Below, piece after piece: positions 46,952 through 56,806 of a stretch of 64,000 nucleotides of DNA. The notes below the pieces were generated by a model. The model was not told the origin of the DNA. It worked only from the letters and a program-made list of their open reading frames with translations, and ran no database searches. Made by a program: the position numbers and the translations under genes. Source of the stretch: Pseudomonadota bacterium (GTDB lineage: Bacteria; Desulfobacterota; Desulfobacteria; Desulfobacterales; JBDRRP01); assembly GCA_043825735.1 (NCBI GenBank), contig JBDRRP010000115.1:62001-126000 (forward strand), read 5' to 3'. Every line of letters begins with the position of its first letter. Position 1 is the first letter of the stretch.

Positions 46952-47707
46952 TCATAATTTGGGAATGAATTCGCCAGTCCGAAACCTGACCCGGCATCGG
47001 GTCTCTGTCTCCTCGCCCTTTGGGCATGCGTGAGGGGGCGACACCAGATAGACGATGCCCTCATCATAAATTGACTCAATGCCGTGGGTCATCTTTTCCT
47101 CGGCCGCCGCCACGGCATCGGTAAGCGCCCGGAGTTCGGCAATTTTCATTCCGGTGAGGTGCGCATCGGGGTTTTCAACCCCCGCGAACCGTATCCGGTG
47201 AAGCAACTCGTTTAGCCTCATTTGCAGGCGGGCCTTTCGGGCCTCTACCGAGTCGACGCCGTGTTCGGCTTCCATGGCCTCGATGCCGATCCGCTCCAGT
47301 TCAAGGGCTTCCATTGCCCGGCCGTCCAGTGGGACAATGGTCACCTCTTTGCCGCAGACCGTCACCTTCGCTTCGGGCTTGCCCAGAATATCTCGGTACC
47401 CGTCCAGGAGCAGTTTCAGGTCAAAAGTGAACTGGTGGGTCTCGCCGCAGTGGCCGCATTCATATCTCACCTGGTACGAATGGTCGGTTTCGACGTGGAC
47501 AAAATACCAAAGCAGAGCGAAGCGCCGGTCATCGGCGGTCCACGTCCGGCTGTCAGCGCCGCTGATCGCGTCCAAAAAGCGGGTTGTCGCCGCCTCCTCG
47601 CGCGCGGGGTTGATGTCGGCCATATCGATCATGACCTGGACCGTGGCTTCCTGAAGACGGATCTCCACGGCTGGATTGCTTGGCAGGTTGAACGCGGGAA
47701 TCAACAT
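46952..47707 (-). CDS. Baseplate hub/tail assembly chaperone (PmgB-like)
   Basis: DRRFALL...YECGHCG and terminal HACP motifs; upstream of the tape-measure-position gene. Confidence 0.65.
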   Translation of the reverse strand: MLIPAFNLPSNPAVEIRLQEATVQVMIDMADINPAREEAATTRFLDAISGADSRTWTADDRRFALLWYFVHVETDHSYQVRYECGHCGETHQFTFDLKLLLDGYRDILGKPEAKVTVCGKEVTIVPLDGRAMEALELERIGIEAMEAEHGVDSVEARKARLQMRLNELLHRIRFAGVENPDAHLTGMKIAELRALTDAVAAAEEKMTHGIESIYDEGIVYLVSPPHACPKGEETETRCRVRFRTGEFIPKL

Positions 47708-47718
47708 GGTGGCCTCCT

Positions 47719-48213
47719 CTATGACCTGAATTGGACAAACGCGATTGGAAATTCGAGCGCCCCCTCGGCGTCCCTGGCCTCGGTCACGTCACCTAAGCGA
47801 ATCGGGACGACCTCCCAGACATCGGTCTCGGCCTCGCCGCCATCGTGGAGTAGTGAATACCGCCGGATCTTTAGGATGTACTCGGCGGGCAGGTTGACCG
47901 TGCCGTCGGGGTTGACGACCTTTGAGGCCCTGGCCGCGAACCAGTTGGACACGCGCCGGTCCTCATGGTCACGCATCGTCATGGTGATTGAGACTGGGGC
48001 TGCACCGGAGGGAAAAGCGAGTTGCTGCATGCCGGCCCGCACCGGGTCAATCTCGATCTCGATAGGACCGTAGGAAATGTCTTTGACGTACAGATCGAAA
48101 TCTGAGGAGTCGGTGAATCCCTCCACCTCGATCCGAAACTGCCATGGCTCACGAAACGGGGTTTTGACCATCCTGAGCGCGACGGTCCGCAACCGGTTCA
48201 AGTCACCCATCAT
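47719..48213 (-). CDS. Tail-tube-fold protein (Tub-like)
   Basis: Tube-like strand pattern; synteny. Confidence 0.6.
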   Translation of the reverse strand: MMGDLNRLRTVALRMVKTPFREPWQFRIEVEGFTDSSDFDLYVKDISYGPIEIEIDPVRAGMQQLAFPSGAAPVSITMTMRDHEDRRVSNWFAARASKVVNPDGTVNLPAEYILKIRRYSLLHDGGEAETDVWEVVPIRLGDVTEARDAEGALEFPIAFVQFRS

Positions 48214-48746
48214 ACCACCATGGCAATCGGAATGATGGACGCATTTTCTTCCATGGCCAACTCGACCGCGTCTACCCTCGCGAGCAGGGACTCATCGGGC
48301 GTGATCTCTCGCTGCAGGCCGGCGGCGAGCGCCACGTTGCGCTCCCGCCTTGCGTTTTGAACCGCCAATTTTGCCTCGAAGTGGGCCGCGATCAGGCCGA
48401 TGCTTTCGGCCGGGAGATCCGCGGTCATACCCATCTCGCGAAAGTTGACCAGGTACTGCACCGTCACCGGATACCGTGGGGATCCGGAAATGGTGATGTA
48501 CCCGGTGCCGAGACTATGATCGACAAAGGCGCCGTCGGCCCCGTACACGGTCGCGACGGCGAGAAAATCCGCCGGGACCGCCGCGGTAGTGACACCCGCG
48601 GCGATGGGAAACGACCGGACAGCCCCGGCCCGATCCTCGAAGGTCCCCATGGTGTCAGCCATGAGAGTTTCGAGTTTGTCCGAATCGTCGAAGTAGAGAA
48701 CGTCGAACCGGGCCTTGACTCGATCGATAATGTCTTCCGGAGTCAT
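48210..48746 (-). CDS. Neck/adaptor-like protein (PmgC-like)
   Basis: Synteny and size only. Confidence 0.5.
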   Translation of the reverse strand: MTPEDIIDRVKARFDVLYFDDSDKLETLMADTMGTFEDRAGAVRSFPIAAGVTTAAVPADFLAVATVYGADGAFVDHSLGTGYITISGSPRYPVTVQYLVNFREMGMTADLPAESIGLIAAHFEAKLAVQNARRERNVALAAGLQREITPDESLLARVDAVELAMEENASIIPIAMVV

Positions 48747-48761
48747 TGCCGCGCACCCCGC

Positions 48762-49292
48762 TTACAGCCAGGACAGGATTGTGGCCAACTCAGACCCCTC
48801 GTACCACCCAGCCCAGTTGTAGTGCAGGGTCCCGGTGGGCTTGAGGGGCGCGGTACCGTCTTCGACCGACAGCTCGATCGGCTCGCTTTGCAACCAGCAC
48901 CCTTCCAGAACGCAGGTCGAATTCGGGTTGCTCGCGATCTGCCCCTCGGAGACCAGGGCCATCACGACGGTATGGTATTCTTTGTTCTGCACCCACTTGC
49001 GCAAGACCCCAAGAGCCGCGCCGTTGATGGTTTCGATGAAGGTAATGGGCAATTCGCCCGCGTTTACGATCTTGCCTTGCTGGCGGACCTGGACCCCGTG
49101 AGGGCCGACGATTTCGACAAGTTCTCGCTTAATCGCAGGCATTTGAGCGGCCTGGACCAGGTATTCCATCTCGGGATAGGCGTCGACGCGGAGAACGAAG
49201 TCGTCCGCGGTGGCCTTCTCGCCGATGGCGACAAACTTGTTCAGGCTCGATTTGCGCAGTGCCATGTTGGCGGCCCCAAAAGTCAACGTCAT
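48762..49292 (-). CDS. Tail tube protein (BplB-like)
   Basis: gp19-like pattern QAAQMP...GELPITFIET...TLHYNW. Confidence 0.7.
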   Translation of the reverse strand: MTLTFGAANMALRKSSLNKFVAIGEKATADDFVLRVDAYPEMEYLVQAAQMPAIKRELVEIVGPHGVQVRQQGKIVNAGELPITFIETINGAALGVLRKWVQNKEYHTVVMALVSEGQIASNPNSTCVLEGCWLQSEPIELSVEDGTAPLKPTGTLHYNWAGWYEGSELATILSWL

Positions 49293-49303
49293 ACGACCCC
49301 CTT

Positions 49304-49897
49304 TTACCCGTAGGTCCGGGCAATCTCGGATTGATTCAGCATGGTCAATGTCTCGACCTGAAGTGTGGTTTCAGCCTTAACCAGATACCCGTCCTTTGTC
49401 CTCGGCCCGTCCAGCGGTACGGTCATCCCCTGGATAACGCACTCGTTGTAAAGAGCGGTCCGGCCCACGTTGATACTGACCGTCTGGGGGATCCGTCCGC
49501 CTGGGCGCATCTCGTAGACTTCCGGAGAGAGCATCTTTTCGAGTTCCATCAAGGGCAGCATCACCTCGGCCCGGGCATCCGACAGCGCATAGAACCGGAG
49601 CGTCAAATTGAAGACATGGGGGCGGTTGCCTTCCCATACCTGCTGGCTCGCCAGTTTCCCTTTGCTGGTCACATCGGTAAAAGCTTGTACCAGGCCGCCG
49701 ACCTTCTGAAACTTCCCGCCGATGCTGTCCTCTTCGAACGGTGAGTTCCAGTTGACTTGGATTTCCTTCGATGTGCCCTCGCCGATGACCCCGCACACAC
49801 AAACGCTGCCCTGCCGGATCCAGGCTTTGAGGTATGGGCTCACCTTCGGGTCGTTATTGCCGACGATGGTGAGCCCGGATCCAGGGTTCCAGGCCAA
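49304..49897 (-). CDS. Tube-initiator-like protein (PmgG-like)
   Basis: VWEG..P..FNL.L pattern; synteny. Confidence 0.6.
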   Translation of the reverse strand: MAWNPGSGLTIVGNNDPKVSPYLKAWIRQGSVCVCGVIGEGTSKEIQVNWNSPFEEDSIGGKFQKVGGLVQAFTDVTSKGKLASQQVWEGNRPHVFNLTLRFYALSDARAEVMLPLMELEKMLSPEVYEMRPGGRIPQTVSINVGRTALYNECVIQGMTVPLDGPRTKDGYLVKAETTLQVETLTMLNQSEIARTYG

Positions 49898-50563
49898 TTA
49901 CATGCCCCGCTGCTTTCGGATTTTCATGGACTTGGCGCGCATGCGCCGGGCGGCGGAGGTATTGGCCTTGCGGCGGGCCTTTTTCAGGCCGGCGCGCTGG
50001 GCCGCGGTCATGCGGTACTTTTTGACCCGCTTTTTCTTCAGGACCACTTTCCCGCCACGGATCACTTTGACGGTGGCCTCAAACACGGGCTCTCCGGCGG
50101 ACGTGGCGAACCGGGTGATCAGGTCCTCGTCGTCCAACTCAATCGCGTCTAGTTTGTCGGAAAGGAATTTCCCGAGTTTGGTGCCGGCCTCATCGTCCTC
50201 GGCATCGATGAACGCGCCCACGTTTTCGGGGCTCGCGCCGAGACGGATCAGGGCGTCGGCAGTGATGGAGAGAAGTTCGTTGTAATCGGCCTCCTCATCC
50301 TCACCCACCTCTTCATCCCCGTCTGCGTCGACCATGCCGACAACCAGCACGTCGAGCGCCGCGAAGGTAAAGTCCTTGCCCTCAAGCCAGGCCAGCGCGG
50401 TGGCCATGGCTGCAGACCTGAACTGCTGCTCGGCGAAGTCTTCGACGGACCGGGAATCAGGCCCGGCCGCCTCGAAAATCGACACCTCGTCGCCTCGGCC
50501 GGACAGATGGTAATTGAAGGGCGCGTCAAAGACTTCGTTATCGATTCGGTCTTGTCGGAACAT
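49898..50563 (-). CDS. P1 gp21-like acidic protein with a basic C-terminus (possible prohead core protein)
   Basis: Acidic body, KKARRKANT...RAKSMKIR tail; downstream of the sheath gene. Confidence 0.6.
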   Translation of the reverse strand: MFRQDRIDNEVFDAPFNYHLSGRGDEVSIFEAAGPDSRSVEDFAEQQFRSAAMATALAWLEGKDFTFAALDVLVVGMVDADGDEEVGEDEEADYNELLSITADALIRLGASPENVGAFIDAEDDEAGTKLGKFLSDKLDAIELDDEDLITRFATSAGEPVFEATVKVIRGGKVVLKKKRVKKYRMTAAQRAGLKKARRKANTSAARRMRAKSMKIRKQRGM

Positions 50564-50575
50564 TTTTGAGACTCC

Positions 50576-52624
50576 TTATTTGATCAACCATGGTTGGCCA
50601 GAAATGCGGCGGGCCGCCCCGGTCGGGCAAACCTTCCAGGTGACCTGCCACAAGTCGATTTCAAGCTGCTCAATCTCGATGATGTACGGGTTGGTCCCGT
50701 AGGTCTCGTCCCGGGGCGGAACCAGGGCGCCGGAGGTCACAAGGTCTTCCATGATCTCCTTGGTGAGGCGGTGCAGGATCTGATAGGTCAGTCCGTCGGG
50801 CTCAAACTTGGCCGCGCCCGCCGCCTGAAGGAACCGATGATCGATGTAATTCAGGATTCGGTTGACCCACCCGAACCGCGCGTAGTTTTCCTGAGCGGTT
50901 AATGCCAGGTCATCGTCACATACCGCCCCGCCGCTTCTGCCCGCGACGATGGGATTGATCCGCGCGGTGTAGAGTGCGTCACGGTCCAGGATGTCGTCCG
51001 GGAACAGGGGCGTGATGCCTACGCGCTGGAGTTTGGCGCGCTTTTCACCGGCCGCCGCGTAGTGAATGCCGGGGACCGCACCGGTGTAGTTCTGATCCCC
51101 ACGGGCGTGCGCGCTTGCCATTTCCCCGCTCACGCCCCAAACGGTTTTGCCCCCGTACCACAAATCACCGGCCGCAAACGGGGCGTGATAACACTTGCAC
51201 TGGCGACTATCGATACCGAGCCCGCTCAACCAGGTGATGGCCGTGTCGTGCTTAGTGCTCGGGCTCGCATCGAAAAGGAACGTACAATGGCGGAGCTCTG
51301 CGATGGTCTTGCAGTTGGCAATGGCGGTGGACTCCAGAAGGCCGGCCGCGAACATGAGGTCGCAGGCCACCGACTCGTTTCGGAACAGATCCCAGGCCGC
51401 GATCCAATCGGCGGCATCGGGCTCGTCGCCCGCGGACCCGCCGGCGAATGCAACCGCCGCTGTAAACCCGACCGCCACATCGGCCGCAAACTCTGCCCAT
51501 GTCACATCGTCGTTGTAGTCGCATCGCAAAACATCGGAGTCTCGCTCTAACACCGTTTCGATAAAGGCGCTTTGCCCCATATCGTCGACATCGGTCGCAT
51601 TCACACCCACCACATGGGTTTCGAGGGTATACTCGGTGCCGTTGGCATCCAGATCCGTGACGGTGATTGTGGCCCGCTCGGTCGTGTCATTGGTCGTGAT
51701 CTTGAGCTTCCGGTTCGCGGATGCGTCACCGTCGGCCACGTAGAAAATGGCGGCGGCCCCATCTCCGGCGGCCATGGCGGTACCAAATGCACTGGCGCCG
51801 GCAGTCATCCTCGGGGCGGTAACCGTCCTGAACAAATAGTCTTCGGCCGGGTCGTGCTCAGTCCAGGTCCCTCCATCATTCGTGTACGCATCGCCACCCG
51901 AAAATCCGGTGCCATCTCCGTTTGCATATACCGTGACGGCCAATGACCCGGTGGCTGAAAAAACCATTCTGTACTGCGATCCAGGCGTGACAGTTACCGG
52001 TGTCTCAAACTCGAAATCCACCCACTCGGGAGATCCGCTGGCAGGAAGATCCGCCGCGGCGACAGGCGTGCTTGTCCCTAAGACCGTTTCGCCAAGAACC
52101 AATCCCCCAGCGTCCATTGCCGCGATACTCACGGTAGCCGTAACTGCGGCGGGCGTCGTGCTCTTACAGCACCAGAGTTGGACTTTCGCTATAGTTGCCT
52201 TAGTCGGCGTGAAGGTTTGCGCGTTTCCGCTTCCGCTGAGATTATTATTCGTGGCGGAGGCGGTTACTTCATAACTCTGATCGACGCCGGCGGCGGCCTC
52301 GCCCTCAGTGTTCAGACAAAGGTAGGGGAATTTCGCATTGTCCCCGACCACCCGAACCACATTCACGAAGTTGCAGTCCCGAACCGCGTCAAATAAATGA
52401 CGCAGACCCTCCATCTTGACCCCGCCGACCTTTTTGGAAAACGGGGTGCCGAGAATGGATTGCCAGTTCCGGTCCGTGACCCTGTGGACCACGCCGGGAA
52501 GGCCTTTGGGGGCCTGCACGACGGTTGCGCCGACCGATACCGGCCCACCGCCGGTCTTGTAGGTCTCATAGACAACTGGGCGGAGCACCGTGATTTCAGC
52601 GGCGTTCGTCACGACGTTTTTCAT
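50576..52624 (-). CDS. Contractile tail sheath protein (P1 gp22-like) with an inserted domain
   Basis: VVRVV, FAGGSAG, LYTARINPI, FEPDG, PTGAARRI sheath motifs. Confidence 0.88.
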   Translation of the reverse strand: MKNVVTNAAEITVLRPVVYETYKTGGGPVSVGATVVQAPKGLPGVVHRVTDRNWQSILGTPFSKKVGGVKMEGLRHLFDAVRDCNFVNVVRVVGDNAKFPYLCLNTEGEAAAGVDQSYEVTASATNNNLSGSGNAQTFTPTKATIAKVQLWCCKSTTPAAVTATVSIAAMDAGGLVLGETVLGTSTPVAAADLPASGSPEWVDFEFETPVTVTPGSQYRMVFSATGSLAVTVYANGDGTGFSGGDAYTNDGGTWTEHDPAEDYLFRTVTAPRMTAGASAFGTAMAAGDGAAAIFYVADGDASANRKLKITTNDTTERATITVTDLDANGTEYTLETHVVGVNATDVDDMGQSAFIETVLERDSDVLRCDYNDDVTWAEFAADVAVGFTAAVAFAGGSAGDEPDAADWIAAWDLFRNESVACDLMFAAGLLESTAIANCKTIAELRHCTFLFDASPSTKHDTAITWLSGLGIDSRQCKCYHAPFAAGDLWYGGKTVWGVSGEMASAHARGDQNYTGAVPGIHYAAAGEKRAKLQRVGITPLFPDDILDRDALYTARINPIVAGRSGGAVCDDDLALTAQENYARFGWVNRILNYIDHRFLQAAGAAKFEPDGLTYQILHRLTKEIMEDLVTSGALVPPRDETYGTNPYIIEIEQLEIDLWQVTWKVCPTGAARRISGQPWLIK

Positions 52625-53121
52625 TTATCGCTCTCCTTATCTGCCGCAGCGTCGGACCCGCCGGCGCCAAAAAGCAGGTCAAAAGCCATGTCTTTGGCAT
52701 GCTTGTGGTGGTCGGCCTCGATCGTAAATTCATGCCCGTCCGGAGCAGTCACCTTCCACACGCCGTCAGACACCTTCGTGGCCTTGCACTTGCCCAGGAA
52801 TTCCGACCTCGCGGAATCCTTCTCGGTTTGTCCGTCCAAGGTAACCTCACCGGGCGGTTCCACGGGCGGAACGGGTTGGGTCGGTTCCATGGGCGGTTCC
52901 ACGGGCGGAACGGCCGCCTCAAGCGGCACGTCTTCGGCGATAAAGGCCCTGAGCGCGGGCCGCTTCTGGATCGAGCGGATCAGCGCATCGGCGCAGTCTT
53001 CCCTGACGGTGAGTCTTACCGAGTTGCCCTCGAACCTGTGGGCAGGAATGGTAAATGTTCGCCCCTTTACAATGAGGTCGATTTTGCTGGATGTCGGGTT
53101 GATGACTAAAACGGTAATCAC
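52621..53121 (-). CDS. Hypothetical protein with a Pro-rich linker
   Basis: AAGGAGG RBS; 23-bp direct repeat (52852-52874, 52891-52913) encoding VPPVEPP. Confidence 0.7.
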   Translation of the reverse strand: MITVLVINPTSSKIDLIVKGRTFTIPAHRFEGNSVRLTVREDCADALIRSIQKRPALRAFIAEDVPLEAAVPPVEPPMEPTQPVPPVEPPGEVTLDGQTEKDSARSEFLGKCKATKVSDGVWKVTAPDGHEFTIEADHHKHAKDMAFDLLFGAGGSDAAADKESDK

Positions 53122-53220
53122 TTTAAACCCTCCTTACGGGGTGTTAGGGGGTGGGGGCGGGCACCCCCCGCAAGGCGCCCGCCCCCCGTGTCGCGGCGGA
53201 GGTTTACCGCGACTGGAAGA

Positions 53221-54846
53221 CTATTCGTTGACGAAGGACAGCTTGTGAAAATAGTTGCGTCCGTCGAAGGGATGCAGGTCGCGATAACCCATGCTCCAGA
53301 GCGTCTGCTCGTGGTGCAGGTTGCTGAGGACAGGGTGCTTGAAGGGCAGCGGCGGAATGCAATCGCCGGTCACATACCCGGCCTCGCCTACCGTGTTGCC
53401 GATGCCAAAGCAGATGCTTTCGTAGTCGGTCGGGGCGTTGGGATCCTCGTAGGCGTCCCACATGCCGAACAGGCGGCCGATGTAGTGGGGCTGGGGGATC
53501 CGCTTGTAACCCGGGGCCGGCTCGAAGTTGGGTTGGCGCATGCTTTTGACCAGACTGGCCGACTTGCTGTCGAGGACCAGGCCGACGAGGCCGGCCCGGC
53601 CGGTACGGGCCAGGATCGTGGCGTCGATCGCGAGCAGGGTCTGTTTCAGGGTCTCGTAGTGCTCCTGGAAATAAAGCCCGTCCGTAACATCCATGGTCCA
53701 CTCGGTGTCGCCGAGGAGGAAAAACCGGATGTCGTTCAGGATCTTGCGATCCTTGTCGGCGGCGATCAGGTTGCGCATGTCCGTCATGGCCATGCCTTCC
53801 ATCTCGATGTTGTATTCCCGGCGCATCGCCCAGAGGGCCTGCAGGCTGTACCCGCAGTTGAGCGCGCTCTCGTGGGGGTAGAGGACCTTGGAGTCTTCCA
53901 GGTAGTCGATGATGGGGATCAGGCTCGGGTCGGCCTCGATGTCGATATCCACGCCGATGTGGATTTCGATGAGGTTTGCCGGGGCCACGGAAAACACCGG
54001 ATTGACGACGCCGTTGGCGTAGTCGACCGTGCCGGTCACCGTGATGGTGGATCCGCCCAGAACAAAGGTCCCGTAGAGGTTGCCGTCACCTTCCTTGTCG
54101 TTGGCGACAGGGGTCCGATCGTGGTAAACCACGCACCGCTTGCGCCGGAAGGGCATTTTCACCCCGATGTCGGTGGCCGAGTCGAGGCGGAAAAAGTTGG
54201 GGGTTGAACTGGCGGCGCCTCCGACTTCGGTTCCGTCGCCGATTGCGGCGAGAAAGCGCTGATCCATCGCGGCGTAATGGCCGTTGAAATCGACATCGAT
54301 AACATCGCCCTTGGTCAGGTCCCCGAACGTGCTCCCGGCCACTTTGCGGATCCGGAAAATCTCGGACTGGTTGAACTGACCCGGAATGTGGGTCACCATC
54401 CGACCGGTGATCGACTGGAGCATGACGGGCAGAACCAGCGCGATCATTCGGTCGCGCATCAGAATACCCTCGGTGGTGGCCAGGGTTGACCCGGCAGATT
54501 CGAACACGCCGGGCATGCCTGCCAGTTTCGCGGCGTTGGGACTCGTTGCGATGATACCCTGCTCAATCGCCATGTGAGCGGAGGCGAGCAGACCGGGGGA
54601 CGGAAGGCACCCGTAGCGCCGGACATAGGCCGCCAAAGCGTTCGAGGCCAGGGTTTGGATGGTGGCCGCGCCCTTGCCTGCGGACTCAAATACGGTGTGC
54701 TGCGTCACGGCTTCCAGGCGCTCGTGCCTGGCTTTGGGGTCCCCGATAATCCCGCCATCGTCGCCCCGAACCGGGTCATAAATGGCTGCCAGCATCTGCG
54801 AGGCGCGGTTGTCGACGCCCTTCATGAAATTGCGGTACCGTTCCAT
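53221..54846 (-). CDS. Major capsid protein (P1 gp23-like)
   Basis: 541 aa from the ATG after AAAGGGAG; upstream of the sheath gene; IGRLFGMWDAY region; P1 order 23-22-21. Confidence 0.8.
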   Translation of the reverse strand: MERYRNFMKGVDNRASQMLAAIYDPVRGDDGGIIGDPKARHERLEAVTQHTVFESAGKGAATIQTLASNALAAYVRRYGCLPSPGLLASAHMAIEQGIIATSPNAAKLAGMPGVFESAGSTLATTEGILMRDRMIALVLPVMLQSITGRMVTHIPGQFNQSEIFRIRKVAGSTFGDLTKGDVIDVDFNGHYAAMDQRFLAAIGDGTEVGGAASSTPNFFRLDSATDIGVKMPFRRKRCVVYHDRTPVANDKEGDGNLYGTFVLGGSTITVTGTVDYANGVVNPVFSVAPANLIEIHIGVDIDIEADPSLIPIIDYLEDSKVLYPHESALNCGYSLQALWAMRREYNIEMEGMAMTDMRNLIAADKDRKILNDIRFFLLGDTEWTMDVTDGLYFQEHYETLKQTLLAIDATILARTGRAGLVGLVLDSKSASLVKSMRQPNFEPAPGYKRIPQPHYIGRLFGMWDAYEDPNAPTDYESICFGIGNTVGEAGYVTGDCIPPLPFKHPVLSNLHHEQTLWSMGYRDLHPFDGRNYFHKLSFVNE

Positions 54847-54865
54847 GATCTCTCCCTTTGGATTG

Positions 54866-54895
54866 TAAAGTAATAAAGTTATCTTTATAGCTTTC
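54866..54895. promoter_or_regulatory. TAAAG operator-like palindromic array upstream of the capsid gene
   Basis: TAAAGtaaTAAAGttatCTTTAtagCTTTC. Confidence 0.65.
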
Positions 54896-54971
54896 AAGCC
54901 AGAGGATGGATCAACCCGGTAGCGATGGTCAATATGGTGTCTTTACCTACAGTAGGTGGGGAAAGCAGGGG

Positions 54972-55838
54972 TCAGTGACTGTGGTTGTTGGTGTTACCTT
55001 CAGTGTCTGTGATGGTGCCCGTGGCCGAAATATTGCCAGTCACGTTGAGGTTGCCGGTCAGGGCCATTGCCCCCCCAGATCCTGCGTTGGCGCCCAGTGG
55101 CCCATTTATTTGTATGGCCGGGGCCGCTATCGTGATGGATGCGCTGCCGACTATGTCGACAGACTCGCCATTGATGCTCGCATCGCCTTCCGCGGTGACA
55201 CTCGCATTTTGGCAACCGATCTCAACGTCGCCATCGACGGTTATGTCGGCGTCGCCACCAACAATGATATGAGCATCGGTTGCGGCGGACACATTGACCG
55301 CGCCTGCGCCATGAATCGTGATTGTCCCGTCCGCGCATATTTCGATTACAGATCCGCTTGCCTTGTTGGTGGCCCGGATCGCCCCGTCGGCCCCGACCTC
55401 CAAAAGCACGCCGTTTTCGTCCAGAACGATCGACCCGTCATGGTAGGTAGGTGGGGATGGCGCCGGCTCCTGGCCGGTGCGCTGGTGGCTATACCGGGTC
55501 GGGCCGGCCCATGCTTCATGAGGCAGGTTTGGGGCCTGACTGGGGCAGTAATGGACTGATCCGACAACCCGCGGTCGCCGGCTGTCGCCATCGAACGGGA
55601 AATCGACCCAAACCCAGTCGCCCACTTTCACGGGCGCAAAAATCCCGTTCCCGGGCCTGGACCCGATGGGTAGCATGTACTCGGCCCACGGCAAACGCTC
55701 TACCGGGACGCCGGCAAACGATGGATGCACCCTCACCTTGACGCGCATGAGCGAGTCGGGATCGCTGACCGACACCACCTGGCCGATATACTGGCCCAGG
55801 TATTTCTTTTTCGGCCCGTCCGGGATCAGTTCATTCAT
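54972..55838 (-). CDS. Baseplate spike (gpV / P1 gp5-like)
   Basis: DPDSLMRVKVR...PVKVGDWVWVDF..GD..RP OB-fold; beta repeats; terminal HSH. Confidence 0.88.
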   Translation of the reverse strand: MNELIPDGPKKKYLGQYIGQVVSVSDPDSLMRVKVRVHPSFAGVPVERLPWAEYMLPIGSRPGNGIFAPVKVGDWVWVDFPFDGDSRRPRVVGSVHYCPSQAPNLPHEAWAGPTRYSHQRTGQEPAPSPPTYHDGSIVLDENGVLLEVGADGAIRATNKASGSVIEICADGTITIHGAGAVNVSAATDAHIIVGGDADITVDGDVEIGCQNASVTAEGDASINGESVDIVGSASITIAAPAIQINGPLGANAGSGGAMALTGNLNVTGNISATGTITDTEGNTNNHSH

Positions 55839-56806
55839 GGCGCCACGCCCTTAATCCTTGTGAGGTACTTTTGTGCCTGGTAGTGGTGGGCCGCCGCCCG
55901 GACCACGACCCGCTCGGGGAGACTCTCATCGATCGGTTGATCCACGCGGTCCAGGTTCCAGCTTAGTTCTAAAACGACGCCCGGCCGGATCTGGCCCATC
56001 CCGGACACCACCAGGTCAATGTCGGTCCTAAGAGTGTCGGCGAGGTTGTCCAGCACCGCGGCAGATTCGGCGGAGGAAAACTCTACGGCCGCTGCGGGCA
56101 AAGTCCTTGCCCATATCGGCCCGCTCACCATGTTCCACCCGCAGTACCTGCGGTCGGCCGCGTCCGAAAACAGGGCCTCGGCGTTGGGCCGGTTGTAATG
56201 GATGATCGGATAGTCTGCCCTGGTATCGTTGTACCCAAGGGTGAGGAGTGGTTCGGCCGCGTTCATCGCCGACAGCCTTCGGGCGTACACCACTCCCCGC
56301 AGATAGTAGATGTGCGCCCCGATCTCCCTGGCCAGTTGCCGGAGCATTTTCGCCGGCCGCTCCCCGGGCAGAACGTGGTAGTCCTGGCGCACCGCAAACC
56401 GGCCCACAGCCTGCCGGGCGGGGATGCACTGGCGGATGATCGTGGCAACGGGTTGGCGCACCCACATGGAGGCGCGCACCGCCGGCTTTTTCAGGTCCCA
56501 AACGTCCGCCTGCATGCAGTTGAGGGTTACCGTATCGCCGTCGTCCGGCATGGTAAGGACGGTAAACCGGTCGACGGCCTCGTCGCCTTCCTCGTGCCAG
56601 TAGTCGGCGTAGGTAACACGAAGCTCGCTGCCCGGGCCGACGCCCATGTCGTCTCTGAGGATGGACTCGGGGTCCCGGAACCGCATGATCAGCTTGGGCC
56701 CGGAGAGATCCAGGGTTTCGACCAGGGAAAGCGAGACCAGAAACGACAGGTCAAGGCCCTCGCCCTCATGCTCGATCTTCTGGACGAAAATCCCCTCTCT
56801 ATCCAT
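55835..56806 (-). CDS. Baseplate hub (P1 gp6-like)
   Basis: Hub-like pattern; upstream of the spike gene. Confidence 0.65.
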   Translation of the reverse strand: MDREGIFVQKIEHEGEGLDLSFLVSLSLVETLDLSGPKLIMRFRDPESILRDDMGVGPGSELRVTYADYWHEEGDEAVDRFTVLTMPDDGDTVTLNCMQADVWDLKKPAVRASMWVRQPVATIIRQCIPARQAVGRFAVRQDYHVLPGERPAKMLRQLAREIGAHIYYLRGVVYARRLSAMNAAEPLLTLGYNDTRADYPIIHYNRPNAEALFSDAADRRYCGWNMVSGPIWARTLPAAAVEFSSAESAAVLDNLADTLRTDIDLVVSGMGQIRPGVVLELSWNLDRVDQPIDESLPERVVVRAAAHHYQAQKYLTRIKGVAP

